A DNA stretch of 64,000 nt, taken from Auanema rhodensis. Taxonomy: Eukaryota; Animalia; Nematoda. A program made the position numbers and the translations under genes. This document shows positions 13,753 through 29,100 of this stretch, piece after piece (within the stretch, counting starts at the first letter, position 1; each line of letters opens with the position of its first letter). The notes under the pieces are model-generated. The model did not search any database, was not told the DNA's origin, and worked only from the letters and a program-made list of their open reading frames with translations. The DNA lies in the NCBI GenBank assembly GCA_964057225.1, contig OZ059896.1:8122001-8186000 (forward strand). The letters are read 5' to 3'.

Positions 13753-15870
13753 TTATGGAATCTGGGAATAATACTGCATACCCGTATAATTCATTGGCAT
13801 CATTACTGATGATGTATTCACTGGGGTTGTAACTGGTAGATGGCCTATGTAACTGGACGAGAGGCCATTGTTTGGAGCTGTAGCTCCTCCTATCATATAG
13901 CTAACAGTTGTTTGAAATGCATTGTGCATGGCTAACTGATTAATCAGAGGACTAGATGTATTGGGTACTGCTGGAACTCCTGCTCTTCCATGTGCTGGAG
14001 ATACATTGGGAGGCATTGGAGTTGGAGTAGCAGGAGGATGACCGATCACAGTCTGACCTTGAAGAACGTGCTGAAGACCAAGCTGGGCCTCAGGCTCAGC
14101 ATGATGTGGAGCATGGATATTAGGATTATGAAAGCGACTTGACGCTGTGCTGGGTTTATGGCACGTTTGAATAAGCTCATCAAATTCAATAATATGGAAA
14201 AGACTATTCATTTGAACACCTTCGTTCATTAAATGACATAAGCTCTGAAACATTTTATATAGCAATCTAAATTATAATTAAAACATACTGTAACAGCACT
14301 AAGCATTATCATAAACTTGGCTACTCGACAAGTTGCAGCTGATGCAGTTGTAACTTTATTCTTTCGTATATAGGTATACAAAGCATTGATATATCGTTCA
14401 CGAGCTTTGGCAACAATGGATTTACCAAGCGCTGATAAGCCACAGTCTGAAAGTAAAATCCGATTTTGAGAATAAAATTCATTATATGATATACCATCAG
14501 CAAATACTACAATAGCTTTAACCATGACAAATTCAAAATCATCCATTTGCAAAGCTCGCATTGGTCCAATAACATAATTCATTAAACGAGGCATACATTC
14601 TTTATAGAAGCTATATATACTATAATATTCAAATATAATTAAATATATTTATGTTAACTATATTATATATATATATATAATAAATATAAATGTTTTACCT
14701 TGGATGACCCTCAATAAGCGGATGATAAGATCTATTTGACATACATAAACCAGGTACATCAGCTTTCATGGAGTAATATGAGTGTGAGACCCTAAAGAAA
14801 CAAACGATATTCCTCTTTTTATATTGTCAGATTAACAAACCATCCGTGATAAACTAAACGACTACGAGCTAGTATATCCTGATCTTCTTCTGATAATTCG
14901 AGAAAATCATCTAGTCGATGACACCAATCAGAATAATAGACAAAATGACGTCGCCAACCTACAACATAAGATTTAAAAAAAAATCAAAAATATAAAAGAA
15001 AATATAAAAAAAATATAATATTAAAATCTTTTAATAATAAAAAATAAAAAAAATTGTATGTTATAAATACAAATGTAGTTGTACCTTCAATAAAATCCGG
15101 CGGACTCATAATACGTTCACCACTGAAGCACATAGGAAAACGAGAACTTACAAGAAGTGGACGACGAAAAACTGTCTAAATAGAAAATAAATATATTTAA
15201 AATAATAAAATAAATAGATTTCATACTCCAAATGGTAAATTAATATGTCGTTTACTTGGATTAGCACATTCTTCTTTCTCAACTGTTGGATTTGTTATCT
15301 AAATAAATTTATATTTATATGTAGGTTAAAATAGAATATAAATTTACCGATAACTCAATTTGATGCAATTTTTCAGGAATTGTATTAACATCATAAAAGC
15401 TTGGTGTAGGTAAATCATGAAAATCTGGTGATGTTCCTGGTTCCATTTTGATAAATGGAGTTGGAAATCCATCTAGAGGAGAATCATATGTTTCAGTCTG
15501 AATAATCAAATAATAGTTAATGATATCAAGTTTTTGTTAGAGACTACCTGAACACCCTGATCAATCATTGGAGATTTAACTCTATTTTTCTTAATGCCAT
15601 TTGATGGATATGATCCAACAGGACCAGGAGTTCCAGATGATTTCACATTTCTATCTCTTTCATTTTGAACAGCTAAATATACATACGCATAGTAGAAGAA
15701 CTATACATATAAACTTACAATCTGGATTCATTCCAACTTCGAAACATTTTTTTAATCGACACGACCGACATACATTACGATGCTCTTTAACTACAGGACA
15801 GTCACCACCAAAGCGACAGGTGTATTGTCTACGACTCCATACACTTAAATGATAATATTGCAATGAATAG

Positions 15871-15923
<53 letters not shown>

Positions 15924-15951
15924 CAATAAATAAGAGAAGTGTGATGAATAG

Positions 15952-15992
<41 letters not shown>

Positions 15993-18319
15993 CAATAAAT
16001 AAGAGAAGTGTGATCTATGAAGTTGTAATTGAATTATTTTGACGTCAGATTATTCTGGGAAATAGAATACATTCACAAATATGAGCAAAATGAATGAGAA
16101 TTCATTGTGGAAAGTAATCAGATGACGAGTTTTGTTGCTAATTCAAGCAGATGGATTTGATATAATATATAACAGAAGTTAATTACCTTCTACGGAAAAA
16201 TCCTTTGCATCCATTACAAGCATTAATTCCATAATGTTTTCCAAAAGCTACATCTCCACATACATCACATACTAAGCCTGTATTCATAGAAGATCCATTT
16301 GAGCAATCAACTGATGCATTTAGTGATGAGGGACTTGTATCACCTAGAGTATCAATTATTAATATTTTATATTAATATTCTTTATATCACAAAATACTTT
16401 TTTTGATGTAATGTGATATATCAGGAGGTTAAGTCGCCCCCTCCCTTTAGTTTTACAAACTTTTATGATAATTTTATAAAAAAAAATTTAAAAAAACTTT
16501 AAATAAGTAAAAGAGAAGTAAAACTACAAATATTTAATTTTACTAGTCCTTTTTCTTATAAAAACTGGACAATGGCGTCATAAAATTCTTTTTTCTACTC
16601 TCTCTCATTTACTGAGAAAAATACAGACCTGTATTGTCTGAATATGGAAAGAAATAATAAAAATTCAATTATGTGTGATCTCATACATTCATGATCATTG
16701 TTATCATTCGTATATTTTGATTCAAATATAACTAATTTTTTAAATAATTTATATTTTATAAACGAATATACCATGAAATGATTCTTTTCATCAGTCATTG
16801 AATATCTAATAGGACTCCTAGTATCAACTATCAGATAAGTCAAAAGTAATAATATTGAACTTGATAAGTTCACAGATAGAAAAACAACAAAAATAAGTCA
16901 AATTGACTGTAAAATTTTTAAATTAATTGATATTTTCAATACAAAAATAGATTCAAAAGGAGATGGCCTCTTCAGTATCATGGAAATCATCTTGTACTTT
17001 TGCTTAAGAATTGTCATTCAAAAATCTTATGATCAGATGGTTTTATGACTAATTGTAGATAGCAAAGAACATTTTTATATATTTTAAAATGTAAAACTTC
17101 ATAAACATACGAAATGATTTTTATAATTTTGAATTAAAAAAAAAAGAAAATCGTCTGAATTTATAACTATTATGTGAACTAAATAACAAAAAACAATCAA
17201 TGATCTACACATGAAGATCATATTTTCTTAGTTTAATTTAATAATTTTTGATGTTGTAAAAATTGTTTTTAGATAAGGTACATGATAGAAGTGTAAGTTT
17301 ACATATTTATATATTTATAAATATATATTATATATTAATATTAATATTTATATAAGAAATATTGATTATTCAATCTTTCAAAGTATAAAATACCATTTAC
17401 TTCTTTGTTTCAAAAAATAAATTGAGGTTATTTTATTTAAATGCTTTCAATAGTTATTATATGAAAAACTATTATAATAACAACTTTGTTCAAAAGAAAA
17501 AAATATATATTTTTGAATAAAATAAATAAAATAATAAAGAAAAATATTTTGTTAGGATTCAGGAGTGATTGTCATATTCACATGAGATTTTTGCAAATGT
17601 TCTCCAAAAATGCTACAGAGAACATAGACATGAAACAGTCCTGAAGAACTATTAAACAATATGAATTTATATATACTATTTATATATAATATATACTATA
17701 TTATTTCAATTATTAATAATTTAGACTATATATGTTATAACATAATATGCTAAGCCTACCATAAAAGCTTGTATAAGCAGCTGGAGCTGGTGGAAACATA
17801 TGATAGCGATTTATAGATGGATCAGTAGCAAATAACATTTTGTTTCTTAATCTGACTATTAGATAGTCGGAATAAATAGAAAAACTTGTTGATTTGATGA
17901 ATAAGTTCTCAAATTTTCAGTTTTGACTTCAATTAGTGATGCAAGTAATATGTGACCAACTGCGACAGCGTTGTGCTCGTAGTGGATAATAGTGTCCCCC
18001 AATTTAAATCTTCCGTTCTTGTATCTATGTTTAGAACATAAATAATTTGAAAACAAAGAGAAGAAAATCAATCAAATCAATAAAGAAATATAAGATAAAG
18101 TTTAAAAAAGTTGTATGTATAGAGGGGTAAAATACGAAAAATTAAAGTTAAAGAAATAATAGTAAAGAGAGAAAACTACTGATAAAATGGCTTCACTATT
18201 ATAAACTCTTATTGAATGAATACCAAAATAAGTAATAAGATATAAATAAAGATCAAAAGATAAAAAACTGTTTTCAATTTAAATAAATTTTTTTGTTATA
18301 AATAATAAAATTATTATAC

Positions 18320-18359
<40 letters not shown>

Positions 18360-21300
18360 TTATATGTTCAATAATTTTATTATAATTATATGAAAAACAC
18401 ATGGAAATATACATAGGCTTCTTGTTGCAAAAGAGGACGCGATGCATAAAAAATCGGAAGAGTTTCGAGTATATCCTTCCATTTAACAAAAAATATGTGG
18501 TCATTATGGCAATTTATCGGTATTGAAAAAGAACAAGACGAACAATCCTCTTTAACGCTAACCAACACTGCAGAGAAAAAGACAACTAACTACGAATTGG
18601 ATTCTGAATTAGACTGGGAAGTACTGCCGTCGTCGTCATCGTCGACATCGTCATGTCTTCGACCAAAACATGCGACACGACAACGTCGACGAACGTACGC
18701 GACGCCCCAAAGTGCAAAAGAACCTTGGGACGACAACGACAGCGTGGGGGGCTTTCTTTTGCTTCACTCTCTCTTTCATGCTCTTTCTCGTCTTCTCTGT
18801 TTCTCAGTCTCTCAAATTCATTTTCTTCATATCTTTGCCCTCTTTGCTTCTTTGTAACTACAGTTGGCCAGCTGATCTCCTGCTCTTTCTTCAACCTCTC
18901 ACTATCTTATTCTCTCATTATGCTGTACTATCTCAGTCATTTTGTTTCTTTTTCTCTCTCAAATTTCCCTTTTCTCGTTTCTATTCTATACATGCCACTA
19001 TACTTTGTTAATGATTTGCTCAACATTCTACAAAAGCATTCATAGAAAAAAACTGTTTCTATTTTGTATTAGAGAAATATAGTTTATGAAAAATGTAGGA
19101 TATAAAACTAGTTGACTTCAATAATTCAAAGTTTGAATGAATGAAAGTTCAATATCTGAAATGCTGAGTGAGAATATTTATGGTTAATGAAAGAAGATTA
19201 GAGGAAACGATTTCTGAAACAGGGTAGTGAACGCTGAAGACAAGTCAAAAACATCAAGTGTTTCGTAGAGTTCAATGTACCACAGCAAACAAAATAACAA
19301 GCAGCAGTAACTGCGTTGTTATACACAATGAAATAGTAAAATCTGTGGCTAAGATCACCACAAACTTGAAATCACTTATTGTGAACGAGAACGGGAAAAA
19401 ATAGAAATTATATATAAGTGTATATGTATATTTAATCAGGCGAAAAGTGAGAATAAGGCAACAGGCATGGGGAAAAACCTTCTAATTCACAAAAACAAAC
19501 CACGTCTGAAAGATGACGGGAAAGAGAAAAGGATGATTAGCGAGATTGAGAGGGCGAGAGAATAGAACAAGAGAAGGAGTAAGAGAAACAGAAAAACTGA
19601 GGTCTGGCAGGGACGATCCGTTTAAAGTGAATTTTTGCCTTTGAAAGGGCAAATCCGTCTTCGACGCTTGCTTTTCTCAAGTTGGAACTTTATGATATGC
19701 ATACGATCTTCAATCTTTAACTGTCTTCAACGTCAAGCTTGATGTTGTTTGTATCACAAAGTCATTTTAAGAATTTTGCAGAAAGTGCATTCATACGAGT
19801 AGGTGGGAAGCCACTCAGTACCTCAATTATCAGAAATCTGTCTTTGTCTCGATCTCTTCATCGCATAATTCCAAATTATTCGCATTGACTAGTACTCTAC
19901 AAGCTTTCATAATTCTCTACATTATTGGTATAAGATGCTCTTATGCTCATTCGAATCGTATTGTTGTCACTGTTCTAGCAAATAGCGAAAAAATTTTTTT
20001 AGAAATTACGAAAACTATCTAGCCATTATCAAGATCATCGTTAGCAAAAATCTTTTCATATTCAAAGATATTGCTTAAAGTTTTCATAACAAGAATTCGA
20101 AAAAAGATCAAACGCAAGTTGGTGAAAAAGTTTGAGGATAAGCGACAAAGAATAAGAATGAAAGGATAAGAAAGCGATGAAGAGAGAGAGAGAGAGAGAC
20201 ATGTAAAAATAGGAAGAAGGATATTATGAATACGGAGGAGAAGAAGCAAGTAAGAGTACAATTGTTCTTATGTGTCTTCTGGGGCTAAAGGGAGTGTAGT
20301 TTAGCTATGAGAGTACAATATTGGATACTCTCTTATATATGTATGTATATACATACATACATATATGCATAGATAGAAAGATATATATTTTGCTGTTCTT
20401 TCTTTCTCTCTTTATAACTTTTTATCATTATTTATTGGAGTAAGAAATGAACTTTTATATTTGAACTGCCAATCACAGATTTTTCATTAAGAACAAAAAT
20501 TTTTTCTTCCACAAAATCTTATTCATCTTTTCTTCAGAATATTAAATTATTCTTAAGCTAAACTTATATTTAGTATATATAGGTTGTCATGTATGTGATT
20601 GAAATATCAAGTAATAGTTTAAAGATAAAATCACAAAAATAAAATTTTTGCATAATTCTCTAACAATTTAAATTTTATAATATGATAATTGAATTCATAC
20701 AATTTTAATTAGTTTCATTGATAATAATCAGATATAATGATATATTTCATATTATTATGCGTTTCTTTGGCATAGTTAAATTCTAAAAATATTTAAATTT
20801 TTTTGCAGAAATAAACGAAAAAGAAAAGAATTTTAAAATTTTTGTCCAAGGTTATTTTTATCTAAAAATCTTTTTTCTATACCTCATTTTATTTATAAAT
20901 AAAATGATAAATTTAATTATGCATAATATTATAAATAACCGAAACAATACATTCAGCTGTAACTAAAAGAATTTCTCGAGTTATTTCAATGATTGGAATA
21001 ACAGCAAAGGCTTATTAAGAATCAAATGTTTCAAATATACATGAATTTATGTATATTTGTTATAAACAAAGTAACAAGATATCATTAATGATAAAAAACA
21101 AACAAAAAAACGAGAAATGAAATCGCCGTGCGCTTAGGTGGTTGCCGTGGAAAATCCGGCAATCCGGCAACATGTTTCGAAACTAATGATGTACGTAGCG
21201 GGAGAGAGGGAGGGTGGAGGAACAGCCACACGAGTTTCAATATCACATGCTCTATTTGCCTGGTATTCCCCAGTCCCTCCCTCCGTTTGCGTTTTCTAAC

Positions 21301-21834
21301 TCTCTCATTCGCACACTCTTTCCCTTTCTTAATTCGTCCAACTTCAAGCTTTTCTATGCATTATTTCTTGAAAATGTATGAAGAAACAATGAATAAGATA
21401 AAAAAAATAAAGACTTTCATATATCAAATTGTTAAAAAAGGAAATTCCTTTAAAATAATATAAAGAAGAAGAAGAAGAAGATGAAGATGAAGAAGATGAA
21501 GCGGATAATGATGATGTAAAAGATGAAAGGAATAAAATTTTATTATAATTTGATGTCAAAATTAACTATATAGATGATTAGAATATAAAGAAAATATTTG
21601 ATTTCAATATACCTTTTTTAATTTTTGAAATATTATCTTAAACACGTATTTATGCACTTTTAACTATATTATAATATTTTAATTTATAATTTTATATATA
21701 TATATTTTATAATTGAAAAGTAATAAAAAAAAGATAAGCTTACCAATAGGATATGGAGACGAATAGTTTTCAATGGATTCTACTTTTGGTGTAGCCATAT
21801 TCTGATGCCTGGGCGACGCTTGATCCCAGACCAT
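13753..21834 (-). CDS. nhr-4: HNF4-derived nuclear hormone receptor (nhr-4-like), long isoform with first exon 21744-21834
   Basis: C4 zinc fingers [76 protein letters not shown] (exons from 16343 and 15843); LBD exons at ~14200-15300; P/H-rich tail. The phase-1 first exon [11 protein letters not shown].. follows TTTCAG (21858-21863). Family is certain; the nhr-4 assignment is from recalled similarity. Confidence 0.85.
15863..16012. repeat. Two-copy tandem duplication (81 + 69 nt), each copy containing a (TA)n tract
   Basis: ATGAATAGAAA(TA)n TTTTCAATAAATAAGAGAAGTGTG repeated; the copies differ only in TA number. Confidence 0.9.
17760..17838 (-). CDS. Alternative first coding exon of the nuclear receptor ([26 protein letters not shown])
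   Basis: ATG after a GTCAG acceptor, 79 nt, phase-1 G|GTAGGC donor matching the DBD exon at 16343. An in-frame TAA just after the acceptor prevents use as an internal exon. Confidence 0.7.
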
Positions 21835-22266
21835 CTGTTTACATAAACTCTATGAAACTGAAATGACGAAAATATATATTTTACAGAAAAAACGGATTGT
21901 TATTTTGAAAAGAAGAGAATCAAAATATATAAACTTAGAAGAATTATATGAATTAAAAGTATAAAAGTATGGTTAATAGTGTTTGAAACAGAAGTATTTC
22001 TTGAAAAAAACCTTTTAATCTGTATATTAGATATAAGAAATGTTCGAACAAATGTTGTTTTCATCATTAAGATTGTGTCTAATAAGTATATTCAGATAAA
22101 TATTATAAACTATTCTCTTCATTTTGCTAGAATATTTTCAAAAAACTATTTGCCCTTTTCATATATTTTGATAGTATGTAGAAAAACTATTATTTTATAT
22201 GACCCACAGATTAGTATGTTTGAGGTGAGACAAAGATTTAGACAAATTCGAGTTCAAAACACAATA

Positions 22267-22269
<3 letters not shown>

Positions 22270-22340
<71 letters not shown>
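22270..22340. repeat. (TC)n microsatellite
   Basis: Direct reading of the sequence. Confidence 0.95.
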
Positions 22341-25300
22341 TTCAGTTGTAACTTCAATTTGTTGTTAGAATCATTTATCTATTTTTACTACATTCAAAGT
22401 ATTTTTACTAACCTGAAAAAACCAGTTAATTCATAATTCAGTATGCATAAACTTGAAATATACTATATGTATCTTTGAAATATATAGGTTCAATGTGTGG
22501 ATTATAAAATACTTTTAGTTTTCTTTGAATATATCAAAGTTAATTATATTATAAATTAATATAAATCATGACAATTTCATTATTTTTTCCTTATTTATTT
22601 TAAATTTTATTTCTCATTTTTACAAGTTTTTTCTGTTAAAGTTGAACAGAAAATGTTACTTCTTAATTTGCCAGCATAGAATAGAAGTTTATGTTATTCA
22701 AAGCGCTTTAGTACTTATTTCCATTTTAGGTTGTGTATATCACAGCAAGGATATTCAGTATAAAATACACAATATATAGTAAAATATCTTTATAAATAGA
22801 AGATATTTAAGATATATTTTCATATATTTTTAATCTCAAATCGTAGACATTCACGATTATTTGAGTATTGAACGTCGATAAATGATGTAGTTTGTTGCCT
22901 TTCTACTTCTTCTAATGTCTTAGCTGAAGAATAATATCTGAACAATGAATTTTCCCAGGTATCTTTGAGAGAAAATATCTTCTTCTGAGCCTTTTTTACC
23001 TATTTTGTGAATTGTCCGTATATTGAGTGCGATTAGTTATTGAAAAGGGGGAAATATTTAACTTTAAATCCAGATGGGAGACCTAAGCTCATGCAGAAAA
23101 GACAGAGGGTCACATAAAAACGGGGAAAGTAGTCAAAAAGATAGAAAAATTGAAAAAGATGAAAAGATAGGAAGTATTGAGAGAGGCTAAGAAGTTGAGA
23201 TAGAAAGAAAGAGAATTGAGAATTGAATAAAGGCAGAGAAAAATGGGAGAAAGAGGAAGAGAGGGAAAAAGAAAGAACGAGAGGGAAGAAACGAGAAAGC
23301 CTTTAGAGAAGTGCAAAACATTCTACTTCTGCTATCCAATAAAATGAACTCTGCTGTAGAGAAAAACACGAAGTGCACATATTCTCGACGAGACACAGCC
23401 GACACAAGCACTGTCCCGCTTACCTATCTCGACTCTCAATTTCCTCATCTATCTCTTTATTTTTCATTCTCTCTCAAATCTTTTTACTGCTTTTCACATG
23501 AAATAAATAATATTTGAAATAAGTTTTTCATTTTTTTTTATTATACGACAATGAGTAAGTAAAAGTTAAATGAGTGGAAAAGCTGTTCAAAATTTCAATG
23601 AAAGAAAAGTCAAGGACAGCAAAAAGAAATTACTTGTCTTCTTATTTGGTAAGTACAAATTTACATAAATGGCTCTTTTGACTGAGAACGAACAGAAAAC
23701 GAGACGAGTTTACGAATAAAGAACAGGAAAAGAGTCAAACATGTACCAACTTGAATAGATACTAAAGCAAAACAATTTGAACTTTTTCAACTTTATATGA
23801 AGTATCGGATGCCTTACATGTTATATAGTATAGTCTTAATCATCAAATAATAAATATACATATTATCAGCAATTATCATTTATATAAAATAATTACTTCA
23901 AAAAAACTATTTTTATATAAAAATTAAAAAGTTATAAAGTGATTTTTCACACACACATATATCTATATACTATATTGTTTTATTATTATATAATATTTAT
24001 ACATAAATTATATATTAAATCATGAAAATCTCTCATTATGTTTCTGTTATCATTTCAATTTAACTAAGATTATTATCTTTTAGTCTTTTTATTCATTTAT
24101 AAACACATATATATGATTATTATTATTATTATTATTAAATATATATGCTATTATTTCTTAATTTCTTAATTAAAGAAATGATAATAATGTTTTTAATAAT
24201 ATATGAATATTCGTAGTTAAGGCAAATATATATATATATAAATTTTATATATATATATATAATATCTTTTTAATATTTGAACAACAAATAGAATTTTTAG
24301 AACTAAAAATAGTTGTATAATTCAAAAATATAAAAGTTTGTGTTCAATACGACGTACCTATGTACATATACATATGGCTAGACTAGGAAATTCATTCCAA
24401 TTTCATGCTTTGATGATTGGGCCAGATGATATATACAATGAAGGCTTCCTTATAATATGAGCATATTAAGAAATAGTATTATTATAGGAAATTATGTAAA
24501 AAAATTAAAATTATAAATTATTATAATATTTAAGATTGGAATATTTTTAAAAAATTAGCAATTATAGAAACAAAATTTATAAAAAAAAGGTGTTACTCGT
24601 CGTTAAAGATAATTCATTCTGCATCAGAAAAATATATTGGTTAATTATCTATTTTCTTATTATAATTAATCAATATTCACATAATCTGTGAAGAAAAATA
24701 AGAAGCTAATATTACTTCTAGAATATCATATCAGTAAAATTGTGATTGACATTAAAAGTGAAAATGAAAAAAGCTGATTACTTGTCTTTATAAAACAAAT
24801 GAAAAACTAAAGTTAAAATAAAGATAATTGAAAATAAATTAATACTAAGAGAAGATTAGTACATGCATGAACTTGACAGAGTTTTTTTTGTTTTATTTAA
24901 ATAGTTGAAAAACCAAAAAAAAACAAGAAGGAGGAAAGGATTCTTATATAGAATAACATAAATTTTATTTCTACATAGATCATTTTTGCTCCAACATTTA
25001 CAACTGTAGCATAAGATAGTAACAGTTCGTTAGTCGGTCAATCAGATGAGCACACATCACAACTTTGTGTGAACGACCAATGTTACATCCGGTGTTAAAC
25101 AGAAACATTCATAAGACATATAGAAACATATATTTAGTTCAATAGATACATATAGTTAATATAGTTAGATATATATATATATATAAATTGAAACGTAAGG
25201 GTTGCCTTGCAACTAACCATATCATTCTCATTTGCTTTCTTATTCCCTTTTATGTCATGCATGTATACACATATTGAATTCCGAAAGAGCATAAGGTAAG

Positions 25301-26039
25301 TAATAATTATATTGTATTATCTTAAAAGATAGAAAAATTTTTAAAAAGCTTTTTGATGAAAAATTGAAAAGAAATCAAAAAAAGTTGAAATGGAGGGGGG
25401 GAGTAAAAAGCTAAACGGAAAAGAATGGAATTCTTAATAAAACAAAACTTGTGAGAATATTCGTAATAAAGTAGAAGAATTCAGCTTAAGAATAGAAATA
25501 ATTTGAATACCGATTCTTTAGATAAGTCGAATATAATAAATGTTTTAGAGCTAATAAGGATGTGAAACTTTTATGAAAAACAGACAATTTGTTATGAAGT
25601 AGATAGGATCATTGAAAGAAAAGAGATAACAAAAAAGTGTGAAATACAAGGTAATTGAAATAAAATAAAAGATAACAGAAAAAAAAGAAAAATAGAACAC
25701 GAGGTATATGTATATGAAGAAATAAAGAGAGAGAGCGAAAGAGAGAGAGAGAAAGAGAGAGAGACGAGAGTAAAAAAGTATAAACAATGAAAGAGAATGA
25801 GAAAGAGAGAGCAAAAGGTTAAAAAGTACGAAGAAATAAATGCTGCCATCTGGATAAGATAAGAACATCTGGTATTCAAATTGAGGAAAAAATCGAATAA
25901 TGATTATGAGAATCAGAAACATTTGTCTAGACTTAATTGTCATCATTGATAAGCTGTATGAGGAATAGAGAGACAATTTGTAGCTTGAATAAAACAGTAC
26001 AAGGAGTAGCTGTATGATTAAAAGAATGACGAAAAGGAA

Positions 26040-26190
<151 letters not shown>

Positions 26191-29100
26191 ATCTTGAACT
26201 GATTTTGAAATTTAAATTAATTTTAAATAATTTTATTTATAATATAACATTTAAAGTTTGTATTCGACTACATCATGAACATATATAATATTTTATAAAA
26301 ATACGTATTTGCATGAATATATGATATAACATGAGATGATGAATTCACAAGTACTTTTCTTATATCAATTAGAAGGCTGAATTGAAATTACAAGTCTTGA
26401 ATTGGAAAAAGCTCAAATGTTGAAAAATGATGTCCAGATGTTTCACGAATTTACAAATGCAACATGTTCTTGTCAGAAGATTCTTCAAAATATTTGAAAC
26501 TAACGATTACGCATGTCTACAAGTAACTTGTCCAAATGATTTCTCTATTGATATCAACCATACTCTCCTCATCGCTTTGGAAAATGATAATAAGACGACG
26601 TGTCAACTATATAAATACTATATAAATTTTGATATTATAATATAAATAATAGATAAATATAACAGTATCAGCATAGTCTATAGCATAGTCTATTTTCTCT
26701 TTCTCACTCACTCTCTCATAAGTCAAACAAGAAGGATTTTTTTGGGGGGACGTAGATGCGGTGATGCCGAATCTCTATCCATCTTTCTGTTTTATGTTAT
26801 TTTAATTTAGTAAATTATTATATAGAAATCAGTTAGATTCACAGACTGAAGAACCGATTGGAAACATACTACTCATTACAACAGAAATTATACATTAAAA
26901 ATTATATATTATGATAAGATTTATAAGAAATATAAGGAACTAATAATAAATGGAATCATTTACTGTTCTTTTTCGAATAAATATTAAAATTTAATAAAAA
27001 AATTTAATAACATTGAATATATGCTATATTCAACATACACGCTTATACGGGATAGGATATAGAGAAGTTTCAATTTTTAATTTTAAAAGATTATAATAGG
27101 AAAAATATAATCAGTGGCACTTCCTAGACATGCTTTTTTCATTCACTGGTCGTTTTTCTTTTCTTTTTTTTATATATATCTAATACAAAATATACAGAAA
27201 TATAAAATAGAATAATTTGTAAAATGAATGAAAATTGTAATAAATAGACTGATCAGACAAATTTTGAAGCTCAAGTTGTTAACTACACAGCTTTGATCAA
27301 GAGCTTGAATGTTGCATGAAAAGCCAATCACTATTATTATTATGTATAAAAAATATTGTAGAAATTCATTTTTCTGGCTATAAATTACAAAAAAAAATAT
27401 ATTCTATAGAATAGCAAAGATATAATATTGAATAGAAAGATATATGTATGTATGAGCGATTATTCTGATGTGAGGGACAAAATTTGTTTTAAATGGAAAC
27501 AAATCATGAATTAAAATATGATAAAATTAACTTTTATATTATAATATAATTAAATATTTTAAAAATTGAATAATATAGTTATAATAAAATTAAAATTGTG
27601 TAGACATATGAATGTATGTATGTACATACATACATGGATGTATGTATGTTTGATAAAAAAAATCAATAAAATATGCGGAAAATGACCGTTTCGTATATAG
27701 ATTAGAATGAAAATGAAAAGATTTTCACTTGCTCACGTAAATGTTTCAGATGTTCATTATGTGACCATGGAGATTGTTAAGAAATAATTAGAGGTTGACC
27801 TTGTGAAAGCAACAACGTATGCAGATGTAGATGTGATGATGTCACAACATCAAACACATATTTTATCAGACAAAAGTTTTATGATGTTTCAACTAAACTC
27901 AAGATAATACATAATAATTTCTTATTTTCATTAGAATACTTGTTTTTAAATTAGATAATTATCTATGGAAAAACTATAAAATGAGAAATTAAAAGAAAAA
28001 ATGTTTAATATTGAGTGTATAGATTATAATATGCTAAATATGAATAATCAATACGGTTATTAAACAGAATTTTAGGAAAATTATTGAAAAAAAAGGATAT
28101 GAAGAAGCAGCATTATTACCAGTTTCGAGTAATAGTTCTAACAATAATGTTCACTTAGTGACTTGTTATGTGAATTACAACGAATACATCAGATAAAAGT
28201 TTTGAATATAGGCTTATAGGCCGGAATAGAAGTAAATTACAACTTATTCTTACCTTATAAAAATTTTAATTATGTAATTATATAAGTAATAAATGTATAT
28301 ATATAACCAATATAAGTTAAAAAATTAATAAAAAATTAAGTTTGAATACAAAAAAATGACAAAATATTTTACTTTATTTATAAAGTATAATGACGTAAAT
28401 TTATTTATTTTGTATTTAAAGTACGATGAAGTAATCATCAAAAAAAAGAAAGGTTGACGTAGTAAAGCAGTGCTTTGTGACTATTATGATGAAAAGGTTA
28501 TTTTCATGAAAGAAACAGGATGCTATCAATCGAAAAAACATTAAATTGGTCAATCAACTGAGGGTTATCACTGAAAGTGTGACAATAATTGCAACATTTC
28601 ATTAGATTTTTGAGAAAAATATTAAAAAGAAAAACACATATATATGGAGTTATGCTTATATATGTTTGCATATATTAGTAACAGCTAGTTTTTATAATTT
28701 AAAATAAATTAAAAAAATAATAAAAATTATAATATTATTGTAATCGGCACATTTAAAAAAAATAATATCCATATGTATATTTGTATCACTTTTCATATAA
28801 TTGTTATTATTTTTGTAAAAATACTTGATATTTTCAAATTCGAAAAAAAAAAAATAAAGATGTATAAATAAATTTTAAAAATTTTATATTATATATTACA
28901 AATAGAAAATTACTATGAATACTATAGCATATACACATGTAGGATGGTGTATACATACATTTCTTACTTAAGCAAACAGTAATCGAAACACTAGGATACG
29001 TCGGCAGATATAGTATCGTTTTGAATACTTTTTCCAAATATAATAGCAAAGTTTTAAGTAAAAATGTATATTAAAACTTTGTTTCATTTTATTTAGGAAA

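Noticed and set aside
18495-19045. Four overlapping ORFs of 100-130 aa
   Set aside because: Open in several frames because of CpG-rich and pyrimidine-rich composition; no recognisable domain; better explained as regulatory DNA.
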